Assembly (NCBI RefSeq): GCF_963921235.1
Contig: NC_086123.1
Coordinates: 25,544,001-25,608,000, forward strand
Origin: Mobula hypostoma
Lineage: Eukaryota
Reading direction: 5' to 3'
DNA: 64,000 bases
Positions 9,515 through 21,752 of the stretch are shown piece after piece. The position numbers were made by a program, and so were the translations under genes. Every line of letters starts with the position of its first letter. The stretch's first letter is position 1. The notes under the pieces are model-generated. The model did not search any database. It was not told the DNA's origin and saw only the letters and a list, made by a program, of their open reading frames with translations.

Positions 9515-11410
9515 GGAGATTTGGTATGTCACTAAGATCCCAGCAAGTTTCTGCAGGTGTATGGTGGCTACGTCAGAGCCTGGGATGGAGGCTTGAACAT
9601 GCGGGTGTGAAAGATCTGCAGAGGATTGTAGGTTCAGCCAGCTTCATATAACCATATAACAATTACAGCACAGAAACAGGTCATCTCGGCCCTGCTAGTC
9701 CGTGCCGAATGCTTACTCTCACCTGGTCCCACTGACCTGCACTCAGCCCATAACCCTCCATTCCTTTCCTGTCCATATAGCTATCCAATTTAACTTTAAA
9801 TGACAACATTGAACCTGCCTCTACCACTTCTACTGGAAGCTCGTTCCACACAGATACGACTCTCTGAGTAAAGAAGTTCCCCCTCCTGTTACCCCTAAAC
9901 TTTTGCCCCCTAACTCTCAACTCATGTCCTCTTGTTTGAATCTCCCCTACTCTCAATGGAAAAAGCCTATCCACATCAACTCTATGTATCTCCCTCATAA
10001 TTTTAAATACTTCTATCGAGTCCCCCCTCAACCTTCTATGCTCCAAAGAATAAAGACCCAACTTGTTCAACCTTTCTCTGTAACTTAGGTGCTGAAACCC
10101 AAGTTACATTCTAATAAATCTTCTCTGTACTCTCTCTATTTTGTTGGCATCTTTCCTATAATTTGGTGACCGGAACTGTACACAATACTCCAAATTTGGC
10201 CTTTCCAATGCCTTGTACAATTTTAACATTACATCCCAACTCCTGTACTCAATGCTCTGATTTATAAAGGTCAGCATACCAAAAGCTTTCTTCACCACCC
10301 TGTCTTCCACCTTCAGGGAACTATGGACCATTATTCCTAGATCCCTCTGTTCTACAGCATTCTTCAATGCCCTACCATTTACCATGTATGTCCTATTTTG
10401 ATTAGTCCTACCAAAATGTAGCACCTCACACTTATCAGCATTAAACTCCATCTGCCATCTTTCAGCCCACTCTTCTAACTAGCCTAAATCTCTCTGCAAG
10501 CTTTGAAAACCTGCTTCTTTATCCACAACGCCACCTATCTTAGTGTCATCTGCATACTTACTCATCCAATTTGCCACCCCATCATCCAGATCACTAATGT
10601 ATATGACAAAGAACATTGGACCCAGTACAGATCCCTGAGGCACACCACTAGTCACCGGCCTCCAATCTGACAAACAATTATCCACCACTACTCTCTGGCA
10701 TCTCCCATCCAGCCACTGCTGGATCCATTTTACTACTTCAATATTAATACCTAACGATTGAGCCTTCCTAACTAACCTTCCGTGTGGAACCTTGTCAAAG
10801 GCCTTACTGAAGTCCATATAGACAACATCCACCTCTTTACCCTCGTCAACTTTCCTAGTAACCTCTTCTAAAAAATTCGATAAGATTTGTCAAACGTGAC
10901 CTTCCACGCACAAATCCACATTGACTGTTCCTAATCAGACCTTGTTTATCCAGATAATTATATATACTATCTCTAAGAGTACTTTCCATTAATTTACCCA
11001 CCACTGACGTCAAACTTACAGGCCGATAATTGCTAGGTTTACTCTTAGAACCCTTTTTCATCACAGGACAGTCCTCCCACCGTCAAGGATATTTTGAAAA
11101 GGTGATGCTTCAAGAAGGCAGCATCCATCATTGAACAACTGACCACCATCTGGAGCATGCTCTCTTCTCATTACCTCCATTGGGGGAGGAAGTAGAGGAG
11201 CCTGCAACCACAAACTCAATGTTTTAAGAAAAGCTTCTTCCCATCCACCATCTGATTTCTGAGCTGTCTGTGAACGTTATCTTGTCATTCTGCTTTGTAT
11301 TATTTATTTATTTATTGTAACTGATAGTGATTTTTATGTCTTGCACTATACTGCTGCCAGAAGCAGCAAATTTCACGGCACATGTCAGTGACAATAAACC
11401 GGATTCTAAT
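9515..11410 (+). mobile_element. Rex/Babar 3' fragment, interrupted by CR1 at 9648-11058
   Basis: GCCAGCTTCAT|...|TTCATCACAGG rejoins across the CR1. The 3' tail is ACAATAAACCGGATTCT. Confidence 0.7.
9648..11058 (-). mobile_element. CR1 LINE, 5'-truncated RT pseudogene
   Basis: NYRPVSLTSVVGK, YMDFSKAFDKVPH, SGVPQGSVLGP, YADDTK, FNADKC and GNFFTQRVV motifs. (GTTATATG)n tail. Confidence 0.95.
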
Positions 11411-11429
11411 CAACAGATAAAATCTTGGT

Positions 11430-11610
11430 AGGCTCAAGTTGTTCTCCGATCTTGGCAATTTGCTTGCAAGCGTTTCATCACCCATACGATGAGAGATCCT
11501 TAGTGTGCTGTTAACAGTGCACTGATGCTGTCGCTTCGTGTAGTGACGAAATGTTTGCCAAGATCATAAAACAACTCAACCCAGCCATCAACAACCTGAG
11601 CTGCACATTT
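11430..11610. mobile_element. Second PLE family relic: fold-back pair of decayed hammerhead motifs
   Basis: Plus strand: GCA CTGATGC T GTCGCT-TCGTGT-AGTGAC GAAATGTT TGC (11519-11558). An inverted, more decayed copy lies at 11466-11508. Central palindrome CTGTTAACAG. Confidence 0.6.
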
Positions 11611-12950
11611 TCCAAATTATTTCCAGTTAACATCTTTTTTTTTCAAGTCAAGGTAGTCTTGAATCAGAGGGTGCAGGTTTAAGGTAAGAGGGGAGAAATT
11701 CAAAGGTTAGCTTTTTCATGCAGAGGGTTGTGGCTATATGGAATGCACTGGCAGAGTAGAGACAGAATTAAAATGTTTTAAAGATACTTAGGTGGTTAAT
11801 TGGATAGAAATGTGTTGCGAAATATGTACCTAATGTGAGTAAATAAGATTTTCATTACAGTCGGCATGGACAAGAAGGTGCGAAAGACTTGGTCTTGAGC
11901 TCTGTTATCATCCGATTCGATGAAGTTGTGTTGGGTTGGACTAGACACAGGAAATGCCACTTTCCAATGGAGAGGAATGGTGATGAAGAAGATTAAGATA
12001 ACATACATCAGTTTGAAATAATTGAATTTAGTTATAAGTTTTAATTGTTTACCTGGGGTCACAAGTGCCTTTAAGTATTTCAGTTTCAAAGGGCTTTCCA
12101 TGACTTGATCTCTAATAATTTCCAAAAGCGGTTTATGGAATGGGCAGTTAACTGGTCGTTGAAAGCGGCTTCTGTTTTTTTGTGAACAGTTCAGTCCTGA
12201 ATCCTTCCCACATCTTGTGATGGCAGCATGCTACACAAGCTTCTTCTTGTCTTGTTGGGCTTCGCTGAGAAAGCACCTGAGTGTACTGAAGGATACTCAA
12301 GATATTAGCTTGTGTATGCCAGGTGGGTCTGGTCTATATTATGCCCTGCAGTAATTCATCAAGCCTGCTTCAAACATCTTCCAGGCTCATTCATGACCTT
12401 TGACATGAGGCAGGCAGGAATTGCAGGGGCATGCAAACACTGTCATCTCGAAACTCCTCCTACAATCATAGACCTCTTTTGAGTGCGGACTTCTATTTTT
12501 TTTCACTTTTGCTGGGTTCAAGATCTTGGATTTTCCTTTGGGACACTTTCAAGATAACAAGTGAAGTGGTTCAACCCAACAGATCACCTCAGGATGACTT
12601 GGGAGAGCAAATAAACCGGCTTATACAAGCTTTACCTGCAACCCTAAAGCAAAGCTTCAACAGATGTCAGCTTGTCTGATAATCTCTTTACAGGCTTTTG
12701 CTATTGCTTGCATGATGGGCGGAGGGGGGTGAAGGTGGTGGGTTCTACTGGTGCAAGCTGGGGTTCTTGATGTTACTATCATTCATTCTTTGGGCTTCTT
12801 TTTTCATGGATGTTTCTGTGAAGAGTAAGAATTTGAGGTTGTATAATGTATACACCCTCTGATATTAAATTGAACCATTTGAAACTCTCACACAATACCT
12901 CACTCTTGTCCCAAGAAAGAGGAAATTGGTTAGGAGACCTTCTTCGATGC

Positions 12951-13030
12951 CAGGGGTTCCCAACCTACGGTCCACAGACGCCTTGCTTTAGATATTGGTC
13001 CATGACATAAAAAAGGTTGGGAAACTTCTG
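12951..13030. mobile_element. ~80-bp hAT Charlie-type MITE
   Basis: CAGGGGTTCCCAACCT...AGGTTGGGAAACTTCTG termini. Confidence 0.7.
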
Positions 13031-13157
13031 TTCTAAGTTGTCTCCTGATGCAAAAGGCACAAGCATGTTGTGTAAGGAGCAGATTAAGCTTTATTGTGGA
13101 GACATGTGTATCCATGACAATTTAGAAAATAACTTACCAAATGTAGAACAATATTAG

Positions 13158-13593
13158 AGTCATAGCATCATGGAGTCATAAAGTCATGGAGAATCAAGCC
13201 CTTCAGCCCATCTAATCCATGCTGAAGCCATTTAAACTGCCTACTCCCATCAACCTGCCCTCCATACCCCTACCATCTATGTACCTATCCAAACTTTGCT
13301 TCAAGCTTGTATGCAACACTTGTGCTGGCAGCTCATTCCACACTCTAATGACTCTCCGAGTAAAGAAGTTTTCCTTACACTTTTCACCTTTCACCCTTAA
13401 CCCATGACCTCTGGTTGTAGTCCCATCCAACCTCAGTGGGAAACGCCAGCTTGCATTTACCCTATCTATACCCCTCATAATTTTGTACACCTCTATCAAA
13501 TCTCCCCTCAATCTTCTACATTCTAAGGAATAAAGTCCTAACCTATTCAATCTTTCCTGATAACTCACGTCCTCCGGTCCAAGCAACACCCAG
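13158..13593 (-). mobile_element. CR1 3' fragment with 9-bp TSD
   Basis: YQERLNRLGLYSLECRRLRGDLIEVYKI...FFTRRV motif. CAATATTAG at 13149-13157 and 13594-13602. Confidence 0.9.
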
Positions 13594-13600
13594 CAATATT

Positions 13601-14312
13601 AGTCATAGTCATAGTCATTGTCATAGTTTATTGATCCCGGGGAAAACTGGTTTTTGTTGCAGTTGCACCATAAATAATAAATAGATAGAACCATAAATAG
13701 TTAAATAGTAATATGTAAATTATGCCAGTAAATTATGAAATAAGTCCAGGACCAGCCTATTGGCTCAGGGTGTCTGACCTTCCAAGGGAGGCGTTGTAAA
13801 GTTTGATGGCCACAGGCAGGAATGACTTCCTATGATGCTCTGTGCTGCATCTCGGAGGAATGAGTCTCTGGCTGAATGTACTCCTGTGCCCACCCAGTAC
13901 ATTATGTAGTGGATGGGAGACATTGTCCAAGATGGCATGCAATTTAGACGGCATCCTCTTTTCAGACACCACCGTGAGAGAGTCCAGTTCCATCCCCACA
14001 ACATCACTGGTCTTACGAATGAACTTGTTGATTCTGTTGGTGTCTGCTACTCTCAGCCTGCTGCCCCAGCACACAACAGTAAACATGATAGCACTGGCCA
14101 CCACAGACTCGTAGAACATCCTCAGCGTCGTCCAGCAGATGTTAAAGGACCTCAGTCTCCTCAGAAAGTAGAGACGGCTCTGACCCTTCTTGTAGACAGC
14201 CTCAGTGTTCTTAGACCAATCCAGTTTATTGTCAATGCGTATCCCCAGGTATTTGTAATCCTCCACCATGTCCACACTGACCCCCTGGATGGAAACAGGG
14301 GTCACCGGCACC
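13601..14312 (-). mobile_element. Rex/Babar LINE 3' fragment, young
   Basis: Uninterrupted 184-aa frame (YKYLGIRIDNKLDWSKN...RLYFLRRLRSF...HPLH...SFLPVAIKLYN). (CTATGA)n tail. Confidence 0.92.
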
Positions 14313-14509
14313 TTAGTTCTCCTCCTGCCATTTGCATACTATTGCCATGTATGCAAATAGCACTCCTGTACTATCAATAAATGAGAGACATATCAGTGCC
14401 TCAAATGTTCATACCATGCCTTTCCATTTACATTTTGTAGGATGAGTTAAATGGTGACAATTTAAGTACTGTGAATGGAATGGAATACAATAGATAGAAT
14501 GGAATAATT

Positions 14510-15930
14510 GCAGTGTTGAAGGCGTATTTAATCTTTGAGGAAATAACAAGCAGGATGGACAAAGGAGAGTCAGTGGATGATGTTTACTTGGAAGACCTTT
14601 AACAACGTGCCACTGCTAAACAAGATACAATCCTGTGGTACTACAGGGAAGATACAGCACGGACAGAAGATTGACGAACTGATAGGGGGCAACGTTTAGG
14701 AATAAAGGGAGACTTTTCTGCTTGGTTGCAGGTGACTTATAGTGTTCCACAGGCATCAATGTTGAGATGACTTCTTTTCACATTATATGTCAATGATCTG
14801 AAAAATGGAATTGATAGCCTTGTGACCAAGTGTGTGGACAATGCAAAGACAGGTGGAGGGAAGCTGGTGCTGAGGAAGCAGGGAGTCTGCGGAAGGACTT
14901 GGACAGATTAGGGGAATAGGAAAAGTGTCAGAAGATAACAAATAGAGACTTTGCTAGAAGAAATAAAAGCATAGACAATTTTCTAAACAGGAGGTGAAAT
15001 CAGAGATTGGAGGTGCAAAGGGACTCGGGAGCCCTAGTGTAGGATTCTCTAAAAGTTAACTTACAGGTTGAGACAGTAGCAAGGAAGCTAAATGCAATAC
15101 TAGCTTTCATTTCAAGAGGACTAGAATATAAAAGCAGGATATAATGCTGAGACTTTGTAAAACATTGGTGATATTGCCTTTGGAGTGTTGTGAGCAGATT
15201 TGGGTCCCATATCTAAGAAAATATGCATTGATTTTCAAGCGATTCCAAAGGAGGTTTACAAGAATGATCCCAGGAATGCAAGGGTTAATATATTGAGGAA
15301 CATTTGATGGTTTTAGGCCAGTATTCATTAATGTTTAGAAGTATGGGGGTAGGGAATCTTATTGAAACTTGCTCGATAGAATTGAGAGGATGTTTCCAAC
15401 AGTGGAGAGTCTGGCACCAGAGGGCACAGCCTCAGAATACAAGGATGTCCCTTTAGAACAGAGATGAGGAGGAATTTCCTTAGCTAGTGGGTGGTGGATC
15501 TGTGGAATTCATTGCCACAGAAGGCTGTGGATGGGGCAAGTCACTGGGTATATTTAAAGCAGATGCTCATGAATTCATGCAACACACATAAAAGTTACTG
15601 GTGAACGCAGCAGGCCAGGCAGCATCTCTAGGAAGAGGTGCCCAAGGGTCTCGGCCTGAAACGTCGACTGTACCTCTTCCTAGAGATGCTGCCTGGCCTG
15701 CTGCATTCACCAGCAACTTTTATGTGTGTTGCTTGAATTTCCAGCATCTGCAGAATTCCTGTTGTTTGCACTCATAAATTCATGATTAGTAAGCATGTCA
15801 AATATTATGGGGAGAAGGCAGTAGAGTAGGGTTGAGAGGGAAAATAAATCAGCCGTGATCAAATGGCGAGGTAGATTTGATGGGCAGAACGGCTTAATTC
15901 TGCTCCTGCATTTCATGGTTTTATGGTTTA
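14510..15930 (+). mobile_element. Old CR1 LINE fragment, interrupted by a PLE at 15580-15770
   Basis: Decayed homologue of 24209-25460 (GAGGAAATAACAAGCAGGATGGACAAAGG ... GAGATGAGGAGGAATTTC). (TTATGGT)n tail. Confidence 0.85.
15580..15770. mobile_element. Miniature fold-back PLE insertion, 14-bp TSD
   Basis: TSD CTCATGAATTCATG at 15566-15579 and CTCATAAATTCATG at 15771-15784. Arms of about 60 bp, with the 3' half of the hammerhead (AGGGTCTCGGCCTGAAACGTCGACTG) in the loop and a tail of about 38 bp. Confidence 0.88.
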
Positions 15931-16664
15931 ATTTGAGTATTTTCTGATTACTTGACAAAGCACTTCTCTCAAGAATTTACTGAATGTAATGTTAGACAAT
16001 GGCATCACAGTTGACAGTTCAGACAAGAGCATTTGTTTGTTTAATGTGAGAATGACACCATTAGCTGTGTTTGTGTAAAGCATTCACTTTTAAAGATTCT
16101 TCTGCTCTGGATATTACTGCCAAGCTGCAATATTCTGACTGAGGTAATACTTAGCAATAAAAATCGACCAGAAGCTTTGCAAGACACAACTCAATTCTAA
16201 TAAATCACGGCTGTGAGACTCCCAAGCACACAATGCTCATGTAACTTCACCAGTTTGTATCGCACCCTAAAGATGTGGGCTGGGTAGTGCCTGCTGGAAT
16301 TGTAATTCTCAAATTTGTCAAAGTGACAGACAAAGTTGACCTGTGTAAGTTGTTCACTAACAGAATGGATTCAGCCAACAGGTGATCTCTGTTAAAAATG
16401 AATAAGTGAGAAAGGCAAAAAATGTTGCTTTATCTCCCTATAAATATCGGTGGCATCTTTTTCTGTGGATATCACATTCGAGTAAACATATAAAAAGGAT
16501 AAAATAATCCTCAGGTATGCTTCTATAGAGGAGATTATTGAATGTCATTTAAAAGCAGGCAATTGAGGATGATATGTGATAACAGGAGGCCATATAGTTT
16601 TATCGATGAAGGTGTCAGCTGCAGAGACATACACAGTGGAAAATAATAGGCATAAATCTTGGCT

Positions 16665-16845
16665 TGGGCGGCACGGTGACACAATACTTAGCGTTCCTGT
16701 TTCACAACTCCAGGGCTCAAAGTTTGTCCCTGACTGCAGATTCAGTCTGTGCACATTCTCCCCGTGACTCTGGTTCTTCCCATATCCTGAAGATGTGCTG
16801 GTCAGTAGACTAATTGTCCGCTGTAAATGACCCCTGATATAGTTA
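16665..16845 (+). mobile_element. Degenerate V-SINE
   Basis: GGGCGGCACGGTG head and CACATTCTCCCCGTGAC V-domain motif. Confidence 0.6.
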
Positions 16846-16852
16846 AAGTATA

Positions 16853-17309
16853 CACTCAATGGCCACTTTATTAGTCTACCAGTACCCTTGCTTATCTAAT
16901 CAGCCAATCATGTCACAGTGACTCAATGCATAAAAGCATGCAGGCATGACCAAGAGGTTCAGTTTTTGTTCAGAGCTGATCTCCTGGGATTTTCACATAC
17001 AACAATCTCTAGAGTTTACAGAGAACGGTGTGTGAAACAAAGAAGCATTCAGTGAGTGGCAGTTTTGTGGGTGAAAATGCCTTGAGAGGGAGAGGTTAGG
17101 GGACAATGGTAGACTGGCTCAAGCTGACAGGAAGATGACAGTAATTCAAATAACTATGCATTACAATGGTGGTGTGCAGAAGAGCATCTCTGAATGCACA
17201 ATAGGTCAAATTTTGAAGTGGATGGGCTATTACAGTCAAAGACCGTGAACAAACAGTTGCAAGCCACTTAATTAGATAGAGGAGGTACCTAATAAAGTGG
17301 CCACAGAGT
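16853..17309 (+). mobile_element. Tc1/mariner non-autonomous element
   Basis: TA followed by CACTCAATGGCCACTTTATTAG, and CTAATAAAGTGGCCACAGAGT at the other end. The interior resembles a decayed Tc1 HTH region. A related fragment lies at about 63200-63411. Confidence 0.75.
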
Positions 17310-17349
17310 CGGATCTCTCTCTCTCTCAAATATATATCACATAAGGGAT

Positions 17350-18633
17350 CCAGTGTCCCCTTCACCATCAGGTCTGACCACATGAAGGTGTTAGGGATCT
17401 GGTTTGGAGGGGCTGAAGTGTGCAACAAGAACTGGCAGGAGCAGACTGCCAAGGTGAAACAGAAACTGGGACTGTGGGGAGGGCGCTCCCTGTCGATAAC
17501 GGGCAAGAACCTGGTCATCAGGTGTGAGGTGCTCTCAGGGCTGCTGTACTTGGTGCAGGTGTGGCCCGTCCCCTGCTCCTACAGCTCGGAAATCACCCGA
17601 GCTGTCTTCAGATTCGTCTGGGGATCCAAGATGGAGCGGGTCAGACGGACCGTCATGCACAAGTCCCTGGACAATGGGGGCAAGAACGTCCCCAATGTCG
17701 CCCTCACCCTGATGGCCAGCTTCGTGTGTGGCTGCATCAGGTTGTGTGTAGAACCCAGGTATGTGGGCACCAAGTATCACTATGTGCCCAGGTTCTACCT
17801 GTCGCCCTGGCTTCGAAGGATGGGTCTGGCCCCACTCCCGCGCAATGCCCAGTCAGCAGGTCATTGCCGCCATACCTGTCCTTCGTAGAAAAGTTCTTCC
17901 AGGAGAACGCCTTTGACCACAGGGCCATCAGGCAGTGATTGGCACGTAATGTCCTGCAGGCACAGCAGGAGAAGGACGTGATGGGCACAGTGGGGTGGTT
18001 CCCTGAGCAGACCGTCGTCTCCACACCCCACTGCCCACAGCAGGACTGCAGTAAGGAGGAGTCTATGTTCCACCTCTTTGCACACTGTGAGTTCGCAGAG
18101 AGGGTGTGGAGGAGGATGGACGGGCTAGTGTCACGTTTCATCCCCAGCAGCTGCATAACAGAGGATTCCCTGATCTACGGGCTGTTCCTCGGGACACACA
18201 CGGAGACCAACATCCGGTGCTGCTGGCAGATCATCAACTCGGTGAAAGACGCTCTTTGGTCGGCCTGAAACTTGATGATCTACCAGCACATGGAGATGTC
18301 CGTGGGAGAACGCTGCCGACTGGCACATTCTCGGCTGCAGGAGTACGTGCTGAGGGACGCGCTGAATCTCGGTGCAGCCACCGCAAGGGCCCAGTGGGGA
18401 AGGACCACGGTATAGGTTTCTTCACCCGCGGGAGTTGGAGGAGTCGGGTGACGGGGAGTATACCCCTCAACAATGATGTGGTAAGGTGAACAACTGGAGT
18501 GCCACGTGGGTGGCCATAAGTACGGATATATACAGACTATGATGGAAACATATGTAAAGGATGGAAAGTTATTGAATGGTTTATTGTATATAATTTTATT
18601 TTTGAATGAAGTATATTTTGAAATTTAAAAAAA
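17350..18633 (+). mobile_element. Tx1-clade (L1 group) LINE 3' fragment
   Basis: KVLGIWF...NW...KLGLWGGRSLSITGKNLVI, then the zf-RVT-like CP...C...EESMFHLFAHC...VW, then KDALW. GC-rich body, A-tail, and an internal deletion at about 18018. Confidence 0.9.
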
Positions 18634-19379
18634 TCAGGAGGAAGAACAGAACAAACTGTAAGATTGCAAAGGAATAAAATGGAGATTGGGACTTATAGGA
18701 CTTCCTTGTTGGAAGCTGGCAGGAACCAATAGACTAAGTAGCCTGTTTTGTTGCAATGAGAAAGTAATGTGTGCAAAAGTAGACTGGGCGGGAAAAACAT
18801 ACAAATGTTCTCTATTGCCCTAAGCTAAGAGGGAGAAATCAGCTAGAGTTGATCAGCTGGTAAGTACACATGCTTGAACAATGGCTTAGGATAGGATTAA
18901 GCTCATCTGTGCGGGCTCATTAATCATTGATGTGCCCTTGCTCTCATGCTCTATAAACGTGATATTCTAGCAACCGCATGTTTTTATACTTATCACACAA
19001 AAGAGGTCAGAGGGCCCAAGGCAGCTCCAAGGAAGCCCACCCATTTGTCCCATTTCATCTCCTTTTATCCCTGTAACCACACAGTTTATTTCTTTCCACA
19101 CAGTCTCATTAAACACCCTTTGATTTTTTTTTCCCCATTAACGTAAACTTGGGAGTAATATTAGCCAACCAACATACTGACATATTTGGGATCACAGAGG
19201 CAACATGCAAACTCCATGCAGATGGTGCCTGATATCACAGGTAAACCTGTCTCTGAAGATATGAGGCAGCAGTTTAAAGTAATACACTATCCTGCTGTTC
19301 TTCTTGTAATTTGCTTCCAAAATTCATTACACTGACATCAATAAGGCCAAATCTCCCAGGCAGGTTAAAGCACATTTAG

Positions 19380-19660
19380 AAAATAGAACAAAGTACTTTG
19401 AACAGTACAGCACAGTACAGGCCGTTCTGCTTACAATGTTGTGCTGCTCTTTCAACCTACCCCAAGTTCAATCTAACACTTCCATCCCACTTTGTCCTCT
19501 ATTTTTCTTTCATCCCTTGTCTATCTAATGGTCTCTTAAATCTCCTTAATGTATCAGACTCTACCAGCACCCCTGGGAGTGCGTTCCACCCCTTACCACT
19601 CTCAGTGTAAAAAGAAACATCACGTACTTTCCTTCCAACACCTTAAAGTTATGCTCTCTT
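19380..19660 (-). mobile_element. Old CR1 3' end
   Basis: CAGCACAGTACAGGCC 3' motif, and CCCTGGGAGTGCGTTCCAC matching the VxxWNxLP region. Confidence 0.6.
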
Positions 19661-19912
19661 GTAACAAACATGACCAAAGGTAAGTGTTGTCCAGGCTCAA
19701 TCAGGAAGAAAACCTGAGCCTGTCTTCAGGAAAAGAAAAGAAGTTGAAATAGAAAATAGATAAATGAATCGATGCTCCTAACATCTGGTTTGTTATGAGA
19801 TAGATAGTTCTGCCTCCATGCTTCAAATGGAAAGAGCTTGCTTCAATATCACATCTGTAAACAATTCTCTCCAAAAAGTACATAAAGTGACCTTGCAAAA
19901 AATCCTTGGAAG

Positions 19913-19993
19913 CAGAGGTTCCCAAACTTTTTTTGGGCCATGGGCCAATACCATTAAGCAAGGGGTCCAAGGATCCCAGGTTGTGAACCCCTG
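19913..19993. mobile_element. ~80-bp hAT Charlie-type MITE
   Basis: CAGAGGTTCCCAAAC...GTTGTGAACCCCTG termini. Confidence 0.7.
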
Positions 19994-20194
19994 CTTGTTG
20001 GAACCATGAAAAATATTTCTTACCTTAATTGGGAAACTAGAATAAAGGACTGAAGCCCTAGAATCGAGGAGATAATATAAATCAGGAAGGAGTGTGAGGT
20101 GATGCAAATTTGCCAAATACGGACATATACCCGTGGGGTGGCATCAACATTATCAAAAGTGGTGACACAGTAGTATATATATATATATATATAA

Positions 20195-20420
20195 ATAGAC
20201 GAGAATCTGCAGATGCTCTAGATCTTAAGCAACATACACAAAATGCTGGAGAAACTCAGGATGTCAGGCAGCATCTACAGAGGAGAATAAACAGTTGATT
20301 TTTTCAGGTCGAGACCCTTCATCAGGACTGGAAATAAAGGTGGAAGAAGCTGAAGTAAAATAGGGTAGAAGCTGGCAGGTGATAGATGAAGCCAGGTGCA
20401 TAGGAAGGTGTATGGTTGGC
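20195..20420 (-). mobile_element. PLE 3' fragment with decayed hammerhead (20292-20330)
   Basis: GAATCTGCAGATGCT tail. Reverse complement reads CAGUC CUGAUGA AGGGUCUCGACCU GAAAAAAUC AACUG. Sits next to a (TA)n run. Confidence 0.8.
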
Positions 20421-20534
20421 AGACTAATAAATATGTTCATTTGACCTCAACACTTCCGAAACATCAATTAGTTAAGCTTTTTTTTCATTTTAAAAAAAAA
20501 GAACATCAGCCAACTGATTCATTAGGTGTTGCAT

Positions 20535-20790
20535 TTGTCCTGATTGTCAGAGTTTTGTCAGTTCTGTCCATTGTCCAAATTGTCCAGGAATAGAAGTTTT
20601 CAGGAGCTCAACTTTGCCCAAATTGTCTTAAATTGTGCATTGTCAGGTGCTGAACATTGCCAAGTAGTCAACATTGTCCAGAGTGTGTGGTATTGCATAC
20701 TGCCTGAATTGAAGCATGTAGCATTTTGCTAGGTACTGTAGATTGTCCAACTTGTCAGACTTTGCCAGGAGTTGCAGATTGCCAGTTAGT
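20535..20790. repeat. Degenerate ~9-bp periodic repeat (ATTGTCCA/TTGTCAG)
   Basis: Many TTGTC/TTGCC words, often 9 nt apart (ATTGTCCAA ATTGTCCAG; ATTGTCCAA CTTGTCAGA CTTTGCCAG). Confidence 0.6.
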
Positions 20791-21494
20791 GCACACAGTG
20801 TCTGAGCTATCAAGCATCGCATATTCTTAAACGAGCAAGAGCTAACTGAGTGTTCAGGTATTGCTATGGTTCTATTATTAAACCAACAGTTATGTGGCTA
20901 AGCTCCATCCAGAATTAATTTTTCATGAGTAAACTCTGTTCTGCATGGGCCTAATCCTGACAGTGCTGATAAAAAATACCTCTGTGCGTTCATACATTTG
21001 GCAATTCTTACCTTGTAACTAAATAAAGGCTCTATAAAATTGTAGAACGAAAAACTCTTATCTTGCTAAATTAACAAAGGCTCTGTATAGTTACACACTG
21101 TAATTGTGGCACTGCTCATTAACCAGGAATCCTTTGTCTTTAATATCAAACAATTGCTGTTCTGCATGGCTGGTGTACCCAAGCATCTCATGCGAAGCAT
21201 GAGATGGGATGTCAGGCAGAAATCCGTGTGACTGCAAATTTTCTATTGCATTAAGAGCACGAATGGCTTATTCAAACATTATAGTGCACTTTTCTGAAAA
21301 CATCCGTCTTTGATTACGCTCAGCCTGGTGACATGCTTGGAAGAGGGTTCCCTGCTGACGCCTCACAGGGTGTTCTACCTCCACTAGGGGCAGGTGACTG
21401 AAGAAGACAATGCCTATAACAACCTAATATACTCAAAAAGGACTTACTTACAAGGTCATGGGTGGTTAAGGTCAGATCATTATTGAGATTCAAA

Positions 21495-21752
21495 GCCCTT
21501 TCAGCCCTGTGAACCATGCAGCCCAGAAATCTCCCGATTTAATCCTAGCTGGATCATGGGACAATTGACAATGACCAATTATCTTACCAATCGGTAGGTC
21601 TTTGGACTGCGGGAGGAAGTCTTAACAACTGTAGGAAACCTACATAGTCACAGGGAGAACGTACAATCTCCTTACGGGCAGTGACAGGAGTCGAACCCGG
21701 GTTGCCTGTTCTGTAAAGCATTGTGCTAACCGCTACGCTGTCTTGCTGCCCC
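21495..21752 (-). mobile_element. V-SINE
   Basis: Reverse-complement head GGGGCAGC...AGCGTAGCGGTTAGCAC, B-box GGTTCGACTCC, and V domain. Confidence 0.85.

Noticed and set aside
12053-12264. Candidate minus-strand exon (CAG|GTAAAC donor)
   Set aside because: Stops in all frames from the best acceptor, and no recognisable peptide.
21380-21395. CTCF-like motif CCACTAGGGGCAG
   Set aside because: One base short of the CCACYAGRKGGCR spacing.
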